DNA of 64,000 nt from Catajapyx aquilonaris (taxonomy: Eukaryota), in NCBI GenBank assembly GCA_000934665.2, contig JYFJ02000999.1, positions 1 through 64,000 of the forward strand, given 5' to 3'. The translations under genes were made by a program, and so were the position numbers. The notes below the pieces were generated by a model that saw nothing but the letters and a program-made list of their open reading frames with translations, ran no database searches and had not been told where the DNA came from. Below, piece after piece: positions 51,888 through 64,000 of the stretch (position 1 is its first letter; each line of letters opens with the position of its first letter).

Positions 51888-53024
51888 GCTCCTGCAAAAA
51901 AAATTCCTTATAAGTTGACATAACTACTCTCCTGTTTATATCAATGACTACTCATTGCGTATTATAGTGAACCACTCTAATAATTAATCGTCATTAACAA
52001 TAATCCAGCGTCTCTCAATTAGTGCCCACCTCCCACTGCTCATCCTTCCACTGGTGCGACGGATCCCTCAGCCTCAGGCAGACAGAAAAAGTGAAGGAAA
52101 CTCAAGAAGAGTTGATGTCTTGTTCTAAAGAGACGCCATCTTGGATTACGTCCGTTGGGGTGCATTCCCACCGCCGTACAAGGAACAGCCAGCGACGTGA
52201 TTAAACGCGATGGAAAAGGAACAGCGAGAAAAAGTAACCGCTACCCAATCACACCATCTGCTGTTATGCTATTCGCTTTAGTTATTTATTAATTAGGTCC
52301 CTATTAATCACAATTTGCCGCTTAATGGTACTAATGACCGGCAGGATGACATGTTGGTGACACAATTCCAGGATGCAAGTGTCCTAATCAACAAAGATGT
52401 AAAAAATTGTTACTTGTATACACCGAGCGAGCCACTACAAATCCAATTGATACAATTACAGCAAACCAATATGTATTGCTTTTAATCAATAATAATTTAG
52501 ATGTGACATGCCTTTTGAACATGTTGAACACATAAAGGCCTTCAAAATGGTGCATAAATCAATAGACTTTTCATCTGTTGTCGATAATATCACACAATTA
52601 TCCCATTGCGATGTTTTATCCCGCTACACTATAGATGTACAGTAATTACCATCAAAATATTGTTCTTCACAGTTGGATTCATGACTGGGGGATTCTTCCA
52701 TTTTTTATCATCACTTCGTTTTACAGAATATCCTTCAAGCCTTTGTAAGATAACTATGTGCAATGTTGTAAAACTCATCATATACAATGCTCCAAACGTC
52801 TCATTATATTACACCAGAAAGTTGGCTCAACTAGCAGTAAAAAAATGAGGAAAGTACAATATAAAAATTTACAATGGGATACGCTGTCGCCATACATAAT
52901 AAGTATGGCATAAGTAAATTCTGCCAAAATGGTATCTTTCCAGGTGTTTCACCTTTCCTATGCAACCTCTCCGCTTTCCTTCTTTACGCCACGTACACAT
53001 CGATATTCCCACCCAGATGGAACA

Positions 53025-54642
53025 TTAACCTTTCTCCTGCAAACCTGCCTTTTCTTCTGTGTGAGTCTTAACGTGTCTTTTAAAATCAGTTGAGCGACTA
53101 TACTTTTTACCACAGGTCTCACAGCAATAGGGCTTCTCTCCTGTGTGAGTCCTGGTGTGTGCGGTCAGATACTTCGCGTCACTGAATGTTGCCTCGCAAA
53201 ACTGGCAGGCAAATGGTTTTTCTCCTGTGTGAATTCGGATATGTCGCTTCAAAGAAGACGGCCTAGTGAACTCCTTTTTGCAAATGTGACAACTAAATGG
53301 TGTTTCCCCGGTGTGCAACGTCATATGTCGTTTCACATCGGATGACTTGATAAACTCCTTGTTGCAAACCGGACAACTGAACGCTTTCTCACCAGTGTGA
53401 ATTCTTGTATGTTTTTTCAAATTAGATGCATCAGTAAATGTTGCCTTGCACATCTGGCAGCTAAACGGCTTTTCACCAGTGTGAGAACGCATGTGTCTGT
53501 TAAAGTCATATTTGTGAATGAACCTTTTACCACAACGATCACAAGAAAATGGTTTTTCTCCCGTGTGGGTCTTTACATGTCTGTTTAACTCAGCTATGCG
53601 CCTAAACTTTTTTCCACACGTATCGCAAGGAAGATGACATGTAGCACGAAAATCGTCCCTTCCCACGTTACATCCGCTTGACTCTCCTTCCATATGTGTT
53701 GCATTGGACATTTTTGTGTGCTTCCTCTTCTTCACATATTCCTCACCACCGCTCGGTTGTTGTTCCTGCAATATGCAAAAATATATTTGATCACCCAAGG
53801 CTGGTTGTACGTTTTGTCATTATTACACATCTTTCACAACACAAAAATTGTATGATTCTTGGAAATACACAGTCAAAATACAGGATCACTGTCTTAGAAT
53901 TGAGATCCAATAACTTCCTACACTTCCTTATCGCCAGACGTGAAGCTGTCATAATGCCCAACAACGCAATACCCTTTCTGGTGAAAGCTGCTCCCAACCA
54001 ACAATTCAAATGGCGACCTCTGCGCCATAACGTGAAACTTCCGCAAATAAGCCATGTTCGGAATATCAAATCAGATGTACGGAAGAGATAAATGCATTGG
54101 TGGTATTAATTTTGATGTAATTTTTAAAATGGTGTAGCCCCCCAAAAAAAGCTGAACTTTGAGCTGGATGCTTTTTGAAGGTCAAACAGTGTATGTACAA
54201 AAATTACATTAAATTTTAATAGTCATCAGTCTGGCAGATCAATGATGCGCAGTACAGTATATTGTTGACTGTCAGGAGTACTGATTTACTGTAAATGATT
54301 ACTACCTTGTGCTTATGCCTAGCCATGAAAGCAAATTTTTCATAATGTCTCATGCATAATAGCAACAGCATGAGAGTGGCGCACCTTATCAGACTCATCA
54401 TGGGAAATGTCTAAAGGATCTTGTTCAAAATTAGGAACATTTTCCACATAGACCAAATCCTCTTCCTCCACTGGCTCCACTTTGACTTCCTTGATGCCTT
54501 CTTCTTCCTCTTCTTTGATAAGACCCTCATAGAAGCACGTAGAGGGCTCCTCCTTCACACTCAGCTTCCACTCCTCTGTGGTGATGCTCCTTTCATCATC
54601 TTCCTCTTCTTCTTCCACTTCTTTTTTGATTGCCAATGCCAT
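53025..54642 (-). CDS. C2H2 zinc-finger protein Z12, 7 fingers; exons 54642-54385, 53765-53025
   Basis: Acidic exon plus open finger exon with canonical TGEKPF linkers. Confidence 0.88.
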
Positions 54643-55494
54643 GGTCCTGAAACATTCGTAATTCCCAATAAGGTGTTACGTAGTACAAATATCTAAAAGG
54701 TCCCCAGCAATTATTAATGAATATTCACTACATCTTAGTGAACACTTATTGATGCTAACCCAACGCATTTCTAATTAATGGTCATTAAGAAGCTGACTTT
54801 TTCTAATGGCAATATTTAGAGCGTGACACAGTTTAATTTTAAAGGTACCATGTGAAATGTGTAGCATCCATAATTGGGGGATCTGATGCTTCTGAGTCTC
54901 TTGGTGTTACATGCCCACCTTAGTGCAGCTGCTCAGGAGCATGTATAGACTTAAATCACAATTAATTCATATTAAATATATCATAGTTTCAATTAATGTC
55001 GATAAAAAATGTTGCATACTTTTTTGGGGGAGACGCAATATCCCACGTCCAAAACAAAAAATTGGGATCAAGCCCAACAGATTCCAATGTGAAAAGGTCG
55101 TACAGAAATGTGCAATTTTTTTCAATAATGACATGTGAAAAAAGCTGCACATCAAAGACAATAATTTGCTGAGAAGTGCAGTTGAGGAACGTGTGTCATA
55201 CAATTATCACTTGATAGCCACACATTAGTGAGATGCCAATGGCTGCGTTACATTCAGAACCCTTCAGCCTACCTCCCACTGCTCATCCTTCGGCCCTCGT
55301 GCCTTCTCCTTTCCTCAGAACGAGGCAAAAGGGAAGAAAAAACAAGCAGAAAGTGACTCCAGAAGAGACGCCATCTTGGATTAGGAAAAAAAAAAGAAAA
55401 AAGAAAAAAAGGGTGCATTCCCATCGCCGCACAATAGACAGGGAGGGGATTAAACGCTATTGAGAAAGGAACAGCGATGACAAGTAACAGCGCG

Positions 55495-55797
55495 ACAAAA
55501 CGAATATTATTGTATGGGGCGAATTGTTATTGTGATTGTTACTTTCATCGGAAACAATTATTGGTTTCGTTTCTGAGCGAATTGTTCACATGTAAATGCG
55601 GCCTAAAAACATATTGAAGTGTCCTAGTGCAACATTATAAGCTGCGTTTACATGTGAGCGAATTATCAACGAAATTGCTGCAATATGTCATCGCCAACAA
55701 TCGGGGTAACAATATTTTTATCGCCCCAAACAATATTGGTATCGTTGCTTGCCAAAGACTTGCTGATAATTTGCTCTCAATGTAAATGTGGGTCTAG
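55495..55797. mobile_element. Degenerate Harbinger-like MITE copies
   Basis: GCTGCGTTTACATGTGAGCGAATTATCA versus the inverse TGATAATTTGCTCTCAATGTAAATGTGGGTC, plus a partial end CATGTAAATGCGGCCTAA at ~55590. Confidence 0.4.
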
Positions 55798-56427
55798 ACC
55801 GAATATTTCACCTGAGGTCGTCGAGGACACGCTTGTGGACCACATCCCGGAGCACGGCTGATCTTCTCAATAATTGATGTGCCGCGACATGGAAACAATT
55901 CTTGCGTCTCACTGTTGCAGCTTATTGTCTCGGCTTCGTCGTCCATTGGCTCAGCTTGTCCTTTGGCCGCCGACTCATCTTTCACAGCCGAAATCTCACC
56001 AAAATTATGCTGAAATTGCAATTAATTAACTAATAACCTGCCAATCAATTACGTAATTAAGCTGTAAATTAATTAATTAATCTGTTACTTGGAAAAAAAA
56101 CAAGCCATGTCGTGTGACCTTCACATTATAATGTGTGTCTGTCTAATCCTAATTTTTTGGCTGCCTAATTATTTCCTTCTGATTCTACATGTTGGGCTCA
56201 CAAACCTTGATCCTTCAGTCACGGAGACTTTGCCAATTTTGGCAGAAATTTCGCAAACAACTTGGTCGAAAAGTGTCATGTGGATTTGTACACAGGCATA
56301 GAGAAATATCTAAATAAGTAACAATTAAGGAACAATTTTATTACCATTACATGGGTTCAAAAAATAACCTTTGAAGCTGGCCTGATGATTAGAACTATTA
56401 GACCATGCAGAGCGAGATCATCGAAGC

Positions 56428-57093
56428 TTAATGTTTTTCTCCTGCATGGTTGAGCATCATGTGTTTTTGCACACTAGATGAAACTTTAAACTTCTTATCG
56501 CAAACCTGGCAATTATATGGCTTTTCTCCTATGTGAGTACTCACATGTCTAGTTAAATCAGATGAGCGAGTAAACTTTTTCCCGCAAATCTCACAACAAA
56601 AAGGCTTCTCACCCGTGTGAATTCTGATGTGTGCGTTCAGAGCAGACGAATCACTGAATGTTGCCTCGCAAAACTGGCAGGCGAAGGGTTTATCCCCAGT
56701 GTGAGTTCGCATGTGACGTTTTAAGTCAAAACTGTGAGCGAAACTTTTCCCGCAATCATGACAAGAAAATGGTTTTTCTCCTGTGTGGGTCTTCACATGT
56801 CTCTTCAAATGACTTGAACGACTAAACTTTTTCCCACAAAGATTGCAAAGAAGTTGCTGCTCTTCTGTTAAATGTTCACATACGTGAGGTGTAGAATCAG
56901 ATGACTCTGACAAAGATTTCTTGCAAACTCGACATACTTGTTGACTTCCTGCATATGTCTTCACCCATATTGCCGAAGGAGATGCAGCACAAAAACCTTC
57001 CTTATTCCCAGTGTCACATCCACTTGGCTCCCCTGCCACTCTTGGGTGCTTCCTCTTCATCGCATTTCCTTCATCAACACCATGTTGTTGTTC
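56428..57093 (-). CDS. Orphan C2H2 finger exon Z13b (5-6 fingers), probable alternative terminal exon of Z13
   Basis: Intact phase-0 acceptor TGCATTGCAG|GAA and open frame. There is no promoter or acidic exon in the ~230 bp between it and the Z13a stop. Confidence 0.65.
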   Translation of the reverse strand, partial: EQQHGVDEGNAMKRKHPRVAGEPSGCDTGNKEGFCAASPSAIWVKTYAGSQQVCRVCKKSLSESSDSTPHVCEHLTEEQQLLCNLCGKKFSRSSHLKRHVKTHTGEKPFSCHDCGKSFAHSFDLKRHMRTHTGDKPFACQFCEATFSDSSALNAHIRIHTGEKPFCCEICGKKFTRSSDLTRHVSTHIGEKPYNCQVCDKKFKVSSSVQKHMMLNHAGEKH

Positions 57094-57324
57094 CTGCAAT
57101 GCAGCAAAAATATATTATGTCGCCCACGGCTGGTTGCGCATTTTGTAATATTACACATCAGACAGAACTCGATCATACAATTGGAGAAAAAAATTTATTC
57201 TGCATAACCTCATTCTCATACAGAGCAACACAAATATCTAGATATGAAAGCAGCAACGAAATTATTACCATTACAAGTCATGAAGATTCAGAATTACACT
57301 CCCCCATAAAAGTACCATGTAGAG

Positions 57325-59052
57325 CTAGCTTACAGGAGCTGAAATCACGGGAGCCTCTTCATGCTTGAGCATGTGTTTCTTCAAACTGGATGGAACCATA
57401 AACTTTTCCTTGCAAATCTGGCACTCATATGGTTTTTCTCGGGTGTGAGCAAACATATGTTCTTTAAAATCAGTTGAATGACTACACTCTTTCCCGCAAA
57501 TATCACAACAATAAGGGTTCTCGTCCGTGTGAATTACGGCATGTGCGGACAGAGCAGACGAATCGATGAATGTTGCATTGCAAATCTGACAACTGAATGG
57601 TTCAGGATGGATTCTCATATGATTTTTCAAAGCGCCTGAATAACCATATGATGCCCCACAAACCTGACAGCTAAACGGTCTCTCTCCCGTGTGCGAACGC
57701 ATGTGTTTTTTCAAACCAGAAGGTGCTGGAAACTTTCTCTCGCAAACATGACAGTGATAAGGCTTTTTTCGTGTGTGAACACTCATATGTCTTTTAAAAT
57801 CAGTTGAGTGGCTAAACTCTTTCCCACAAATATCACAAGGATAATAAAGTTTCACTCCCGAGTGATTTCTGATGTGTGCGGTCAGATAAGAAGCTTCATC
57901 AAATGTTGCCTTACAAACTTCACAGGTGAATGATTTATCCACTGGGTGATTGAGCATGTGTAGTCTCAAATCAGATGAATTACTACACTTCTTCTTGCAA
58001 ATCTGGCAACTATACTTTCCTCCTGTGGCAGCCCTTGAAATTCTTTTTAACTCGGTTGAATGACTAATCTTCTTCCTACGAACCTCGCGAGGAACCTGTT
58101 TCGTTGCTAATTGTTCACATTCATGCGATTTAAAATCAGATGACTCTGTAAATGATTTTTTGCAAAATCGACAAGTTGCACATTTTGTAGACGTAGATGC
58201 CGCATGAGAACCTCCCATTTTAGAGTTACATCCACTTGGTTCCGCTACTATGTCAATGTGTATCACAGGGCACATTTCTGGGTTCTTCTTCTTCTTCAAA
58301 TTTTCTTCATTGGTCTGTTGGTGTTCCTGCAATACATGCAAAAATATACTCTATCACCCAAGGCTGTTGGTGCATTTTGTCATAATTACAGGCAAAGCAG
58401 TTTTTTTTTTTTTTCCCACGACTGTTTCTTCCTGTGTGTGCAGTCTGAATAAAAGATGATCAGAAAGATGGTCGCCTAATTTTTCTCTAACTCCTAGGAA
58501 AGGTGGTCAAACTAGGAAGGTCTCTTGTTTACAAAAATTCAGCTTAAATGACAATTAATCCATATAACTGTGCTCTAGAACTGAGATAAGGTATCCTGAT
58601 ATCAGGTGCATTAACTTCTTTTGACATAATTATGTCGAGGGGAATGCCCTGGATTTTATAACTGACAAGTGAGTATTGAGACCATTTTCAGTAATGGATG
58701 CATGGATAATATGCGACATGGTTAATCGGGAGTGCAATGTACTTCTCACTTTACGCCTAACCTAGAAAGCAAATTTTTGCATTATGTCAGAATTTAATAG
58801 ATGCAGCATGACAGTCATGTATACCTCATGGGAAATGTCTAACGGATCCTGTTCAAAATGAGTCGCATTTGCCACAGCAACCAGTTCCTCTTCCTCCACT
58901 GGCTCCACTTTGACATCATCTTCTTCTGCGCTGGTAAGGCCCTCGTAGAACGGTGCTGAGGGCTCCTCCTTCACCGCCAACTTCCAGTCCTCCTCCGTGG
59001 TGATGCTCCTTTCATCATCATCTTCCTCTTCCTTTTTGATAGCCAACGACAT
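57325..59052 (-). CDS. C2H2 zinc-finger protein Z13a, ~8-9 fingers; exons 59052-58825, 58326-57325
   Basis: Acidic exon plus open finger exon. Confidence 0.85.
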
Positions 59053-60130
59053 GCTCCTGGAAAATAAAACCCAGACTGGTCACATATAGTACAGCATCTA
59101 AAGGCGCCCAACAATACATTAACATTATGGAGTATTAGTGACCACTATTGCTTTACTCTGAACCCCTTTTGGACCCAGGAACCCTTCAGCCGGTCCCACT
59201 GCTAGTCCTTTGGCCGCTGTCCCTTCTCCTTCCTCAGAACGAGGCAAAAGAGAAGGAAAAACAAGCAGAAAGCAAGGCAGAAAGTGACTCCAGAAGAGAC
59301 GCCATCTTGGATTTGGAAAAAAAAAAGAAAAAAGGAAAAAGGGTGCATTCCCACCGCCGAAAAGGAAAAGAGTGCATTCCCACCGCCGCACAATAGACGG
59401 GGATGGGATTAAACGCTATTGAGAAAAGAACAGCGATAAGGAGTAACTGCTACCGATCACACAATATGGAGTCATACATTACGCTTTTGTTATTAATTGC
59501 CTAATTAGGACCCCTAATGACTCAATTTTGTTGTATGTCCTGTTGGCACTTTTTCTGTAATTTTAACCTCCCTATATAAGCCTAGGGAGGGATTATCACT
59601 GATGACAGCTTAACATTTGGCTGGTGACATGAAAGGTGATGTGAGGTACTTTTTTTGTTTGTCCCCCATAATTTTCTTTTGCATCTTAAAGAAATATTAT
59701 TATTAGCTTCCTCTGCAAGAGAGGCCTGAGATAGAGGGACTATGGCAAAATAATCACAGGCATTACATTTGGGGAAAAGAGTGGATTTTATTGACTCACC
59801 ACATTTTCCTTAGGAAGTTTCTCCTACACCAAATGTTCCCACGCTGTACTTATAAAATGTGTAGTTTTAGGCCTTTTCTCTTAGTCATGGCCTGCTGGTC
59901 TATGCCTACTGTCAGTACTCTCAGTACTCTGAAAATGCGCTATGTAGCTCGTACATACCCAATCAGAAGAACAAAATGTCGTTTATTCTGCATATACAGA
60001 GAGTGACACGGATATCCAGATAAGAAACAGCGAATAAATTATTACAATTACATGGGTTTACAGTGGAGGGGGTCTTGCGAGGAAAAGTGTGTCACTTTTC
60101 CTTTCAAGCCTAACAATCATGTGGGTTTTC

Positions 60131-62392
60131 TCAGATGCGAGCGCAATCATGTCTTTTTAAAGCCATCGAGCGACTGAACGTTTCCCCACAAATATCGCAA
60201 CAGTAAGGTGTGTCTACCATGTGAATTCTGACATGTGCGGAGAGAGCAGATGAACCACTGAATGCTGCCTTGCAAAACTGGCAGGCGAACGGTCTTTCTC
60301 CTATGTGCTTAATGAGCATGTGTTTTTCCACCGACAATGGATGCGAAAACTTTGCCGTACAAACCTGGCAGCCATATGGCTTTTCTCGGATGTGAACAAA
60401 CATATGCTGTTTACAATCAGTTGGGCAACTGAACTCTTTTGCACAAATACCACAACAATAAGGCTTCTCTTCACTGTGAATTCTGACATGTGCGAACAGA
60501 GCAGAAAAATCACTGAATCTTGCATTGCAAACATGACATCCAAATGGTCTCCCTTTAAGGTGGATTCTCACATGGTTTTTCAAAGCCTTTAAATAACCAA
60601 ATGATGCCTGACAAACCTTACAGCTAAATGGTGTCTCTCCGTGCGACCGCATGTGTCTTTTCAAAGCTGAAGGCCATGCATACTTTCTCTTGCACACCTG
60701 ACAGTCATATGACTTTTTTCTGGTGCTTATCATGTGGCACATTTCCGGGTGCTTCCCCTTCACATTTTCTTCAGTGGTCTGTTGTTGTTCCTGAAATATG
60801 CAAAAATATACTATATCACCCCAAGGCTGTTGGTGCATTTTGACATCATTACAGGTCAATCAGGATGTTTTTTATTTTAAAAAGACAGTTCTTCCTGTGT
60901 GTGCGGTCATCGCTGGTAACCCAATCTTGGGAATATGCCGTGAGTGTAATGAACGAATGAATATGAATGATAGCTGACCTCTACATTGAGCTAATTTTTA
61001 AAATGGTATGGCACAAATGGAAGAACATTAATCAGTATGCTTTTTGAAGGTCATGTGATGTTAAAAACATAAAATTAATGTTGTAATATTTATCAGAGGA
61101 GAGGAATTATGCTGCATTCAAACCCTTGGAAAAAGTAACCCCCATTATGCTACTGTAAGGTGCTTCCCCTGGATTTCTACAGGGAACCCAAACAAACAAA
61201 TTTCCCAAAGGTTATTATGCCATCATTTTTTGGCGCATTGACAATTTAATCCATATAACTGTTACTTGCTCCAGAAATGAGATGAGAAATCCTGATAGCC
61301 AGTGCATGACTTTATTATGACACATGCTGAGGTGGCCTAGTGCAATGCCAAGGATTTTTTTACTGAGTGTTCAGATCATTTTCATTACTGGCTCTTGCTC
61401 AAATGAGGCTGCCTGCCAAGGTACGATTGCATAACATGAACCACGGTATTGATTGTATACAAGTATGTAGATGCCTATCAGGCATATTGACTAACGAGAC
61501 TGATTAAACTGTACTCCCAATTATCCGTGCTAATTAATGCACAAGTGTGCCTGGAAAACAGGGATCCAAAACCAGTCCTACAGACACCATAAAAATGTGT
61601 TATTCTCAGATTTTTAAATGAACTACTGCATATGCAATATGCTGATTTAAATATGGTTTCATCGAAATAATATAACTCACCACAGATTTTAAATTTGTCT
61701 TCTGAAAAATATGTTAGGCTATCTTTCTTTGTTTGCCTGACATTCTTTCATAATTTCATTTCTAATCTGTTTTTTTGGCGATGCATGGATAATATCCAAC
61801 ACGGATAATCGATACTACAGTGTACTTCTTGCCTAGCCTTGAAAACAATTTTTGCATCATGTCATAAATTAATAGGCAAAGCATGACAGTGAAATACCTG
61901 ACGAAAAACTCCATGGGAAATGCCAAAGGGATCCTGCGCAAAATGAAGAAGCGCTTCCACACTGATCAGATCATCTTCCTCTGCTGACTCTTCATGCCCG
62001 CGTAAGTCTCCGACAGTCTTCTAAGGAATAGATGCATCACAAAAATGACTATCAGTAGTACTGATTCACTTGGAAATGATTACTACTTCTTGTTTAGCCT
62101 AACCTTGAGAGTAATTTTTGCATCAGCACATCGCATGTCAGTGACGTACCTCATGAGCTGCTTCCTGGTGAATGTCTAACGGATCCTGTTCAAAATGAGT
62201 GACATTTGCCACAGTCACCAGATGCTCTTCTTCCACTGGTTCTACTTTCACATCCACTTCATCAATGGTAAGGCCCTCGTAGAACTGCGCACACGGCTCC
62301 TCCTTCAGCCGCAACTTCCACTCCTCTTCATCCGTGGTAATGCTCCCTTCATCATCATCTTCCTCCACTTCTTTTTTGATTTCCAACGACAT
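60131..62392 (-). CDS. C2H2 zinc-finger protein Z14, ~7 fingers; exons 62392-62150, 60790-60131
   Basis: Acidic exon plus finger exon. The stop is CGA to TGA relative to the Z15 tail ARIREKPHDC. Confidence 0.82.
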
Positions 62393-63093
62393 GTGCCTGG
62401 AAAATAATGGAATCGAACGCTGTCTATTATTCTATTCTAATCTATGATCCTTCAATCAACTGGTTTTCAGAAGTTACTAAAGGCAGGTACGTACACTCCA
62501 GGTGGTTTTCTTGCGTCCATACAAATTTGTCCTCCTTCCAACCCACAGCTTCCCACTGCTGTCCCTTCTCCTTCCTCAGAACGAGGCAAAAGAGAAGGAA
62601 AAACAAGCCGAAAGTGACTCCAGAAGAGACGCCATCTTGGATTGGAATAAAAAAAGAAAAAAAGGGTGCATTCCCACCGCCGAAAAGGAAAAGGGTGCAT
62701 TCCCACCGCTGAACAACGTACAGGGATGGGATTAAACGCTATTAAGAAAAGAACAGCGACAAGTAACCGCTATCATACCTAAAGCGTTGCAGTGCTCTCA
62801 GTGATCTGAAAGTGGGCTAGGTAATTCGAACATACAATTAGAGAGAGAAAAAAATGACGTTTATTCTGCATATTAGTGACACTGACATCTATAGATAAGA
62901 AGCAATACTGTAACAAAATTATTAGACTACCATTACATGGGTTTACACTGACGTATGATGGGGAATTCTGAATCAGATGACACCACAGAGTGCTAGACTA
63001 TGGAGCTCAAATGACAGGAGATGAAATCATGGGAGGCTAATGGTTGCGGATGTCACGACGCAAACTTGATGGGACGACACACTTTTTGCAAGC

Positions 63094-64000
63094 CTAACAA
63101 TCATGTGGCTTTTCTCGTATGCGAGCGCAATCATGTCTTTTTAAAGCCATCGAGCGACTAAACTTTTTCCCACAAATATCGCAACTGTAAGGTTTCTCTA
63201 CCATGTGAATTCTGACATGGGCGGAGAGAGAAGAGGAACCCATGAATGCTGCGTTGCAAACGGGACAACTGAATGGTTTCCATCCGGGATGGATTTTCAT
63301 ATGCTTTTTCCATTGATGTGAATAACAAAATGATGTCTTACAAATGTGACAGGTGAATGGTCTCTCTCCTCTGTGCGAACGCATGTGTTTTTCCAAACTC
63401 CTTGGAAGTACAAACTTCGCTGTGCAAATCTGGCACACATGTGGCTTATCTCGGGTGTGAGCAATCATATGGTGTTTTAAATAAGGTGCGCGAATGAACT
63501 CTTTTCCACAAATATCAGAACCATCAGGTTTCTCTTTCGCGTAAATTCTGACATGTGCAGACAGAGCAGACATATCACTGAATAATCCTTTGCAACCCGG
63601 ACACTTAACTGGTTTCCTTTTACGGTGGGTTCTCATATGTTTTCTCAAACGTCTTAAATGACCAAATGATGCCTTACAAACCTGACAGCTAAATGTCTCT
63701 CCTGTGTGCGTGTACATGTGTGTTTTCAAACCAGAAGGCTTTGCAAACGTTCTCTGGCAAACGTGGCAAACATTCACATGTCTGTTTACCTCCCCATGAA
63801 CATGGTAAGGAACCTGTTTTGCTGCTAAATGTTCACATACATGTTGTGTAAAATCAGATGATTCTGTAGAAGGTTTCTTGCAAAATCGACATACAGAAAG
63901 TTGATTGGCTGCACATGTCTTCGCACTTTTTGCAGAAGTAGATTCTGCATAAGAACCTCCCGTCCCAGTGTTACATCCACTTGGCTCCCCTAATATGCCA
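63094..64000 (-). CDS. C2H2 zinc-finger exon Z15, 5' end outside the window
   Basis: Frame is open from 63999 (GILGEPSGCNTG...) through ~8 fingers to the stop at 63094. Confidence 0.85.
   Translation of the reverse strand, partial: GILGEPSGCNTGTGGSYAESTSAKSAKTCAANQLSVCRFCKKPSTESSDFTQHVCEHLAAKQVPYHVHGEVNRHVNVCHVCQRTFAKPSGLKTHMYTHTGETFSCQVCKASFGHLRRLRKHMRTHRKRKPVKCPGCKGLFSDMSALSAHVRIYAKEKPDGSDICGKEFIRAPYLKHHMIAHTRDKPHVCQICTAKFVLPRSLEKHMRSHRGERPFTCHICKTSFCYSHQWKKHMKIHPGWKPFSCPVCNAAFMGSSSLSAHVRIHMVEKPYSCDICGKKFSRSMALKRHDCARIREKPHDC

Noticed and set aside
10614..62392. ZAD, KRAB, BTB or SCAN domain at the N-terminus of the zinc-finger genes
   Set aside because: No paired CxxC ZAD pattern or KRAB/BTB/SCAN signature is visible by eye; an HMM search is still needed.
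10677..62407. Recurrent + strand hydrophobic ORFs (…FLRWLHFD…[14 protein letters not shown]…) resembling a small membrane protein family
   Set aside because: They are antisense shadows of the Glu/Lys-rich acidic exon; splice signals and promoter support only the minus strand.

Overview
Eukaryotic DNA with short GT-AG introns, arthropod-like; the species cannot be told from the sequence. Bases 1-9.2 kb hold single-copy genes: the 5' part of a BRCA2-like gene (one BRC repeat per 132-bp exon), TRAX, a secreted Cys-rich possible lipocalin and a MADF-BESS gene. Bases 9.6-64 kb are a minus-strand tandem array of about 15 C2H2 zinc-finger gene units (Z1-Z15). Each unit has a conserved promoter/non-coding exon, an acidic phase-0 exon (MSLAIKKE...VKVEP...LVAV...DPLDISHE) and a terminal finger exon. 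DNA transposons (two Sola1-like, one pogo-like DD35D) and MITEs interrupt the array. The main observation is that the same promoter plus acidic-exon cassette joins in frame to three unrelated DNA-binding domains: C2H2 arrays, a THAP domain (Z11, whose finger exon is destroyed) and, in decayed form, MADF-BESS. This suggests a lineage-specific, KRAB-analogous effector module that acquires new DNA-binding domains by exon shuffling. All exon structures were inferred by hand from splice signals and reading frames; no transcript data or database searches were available.
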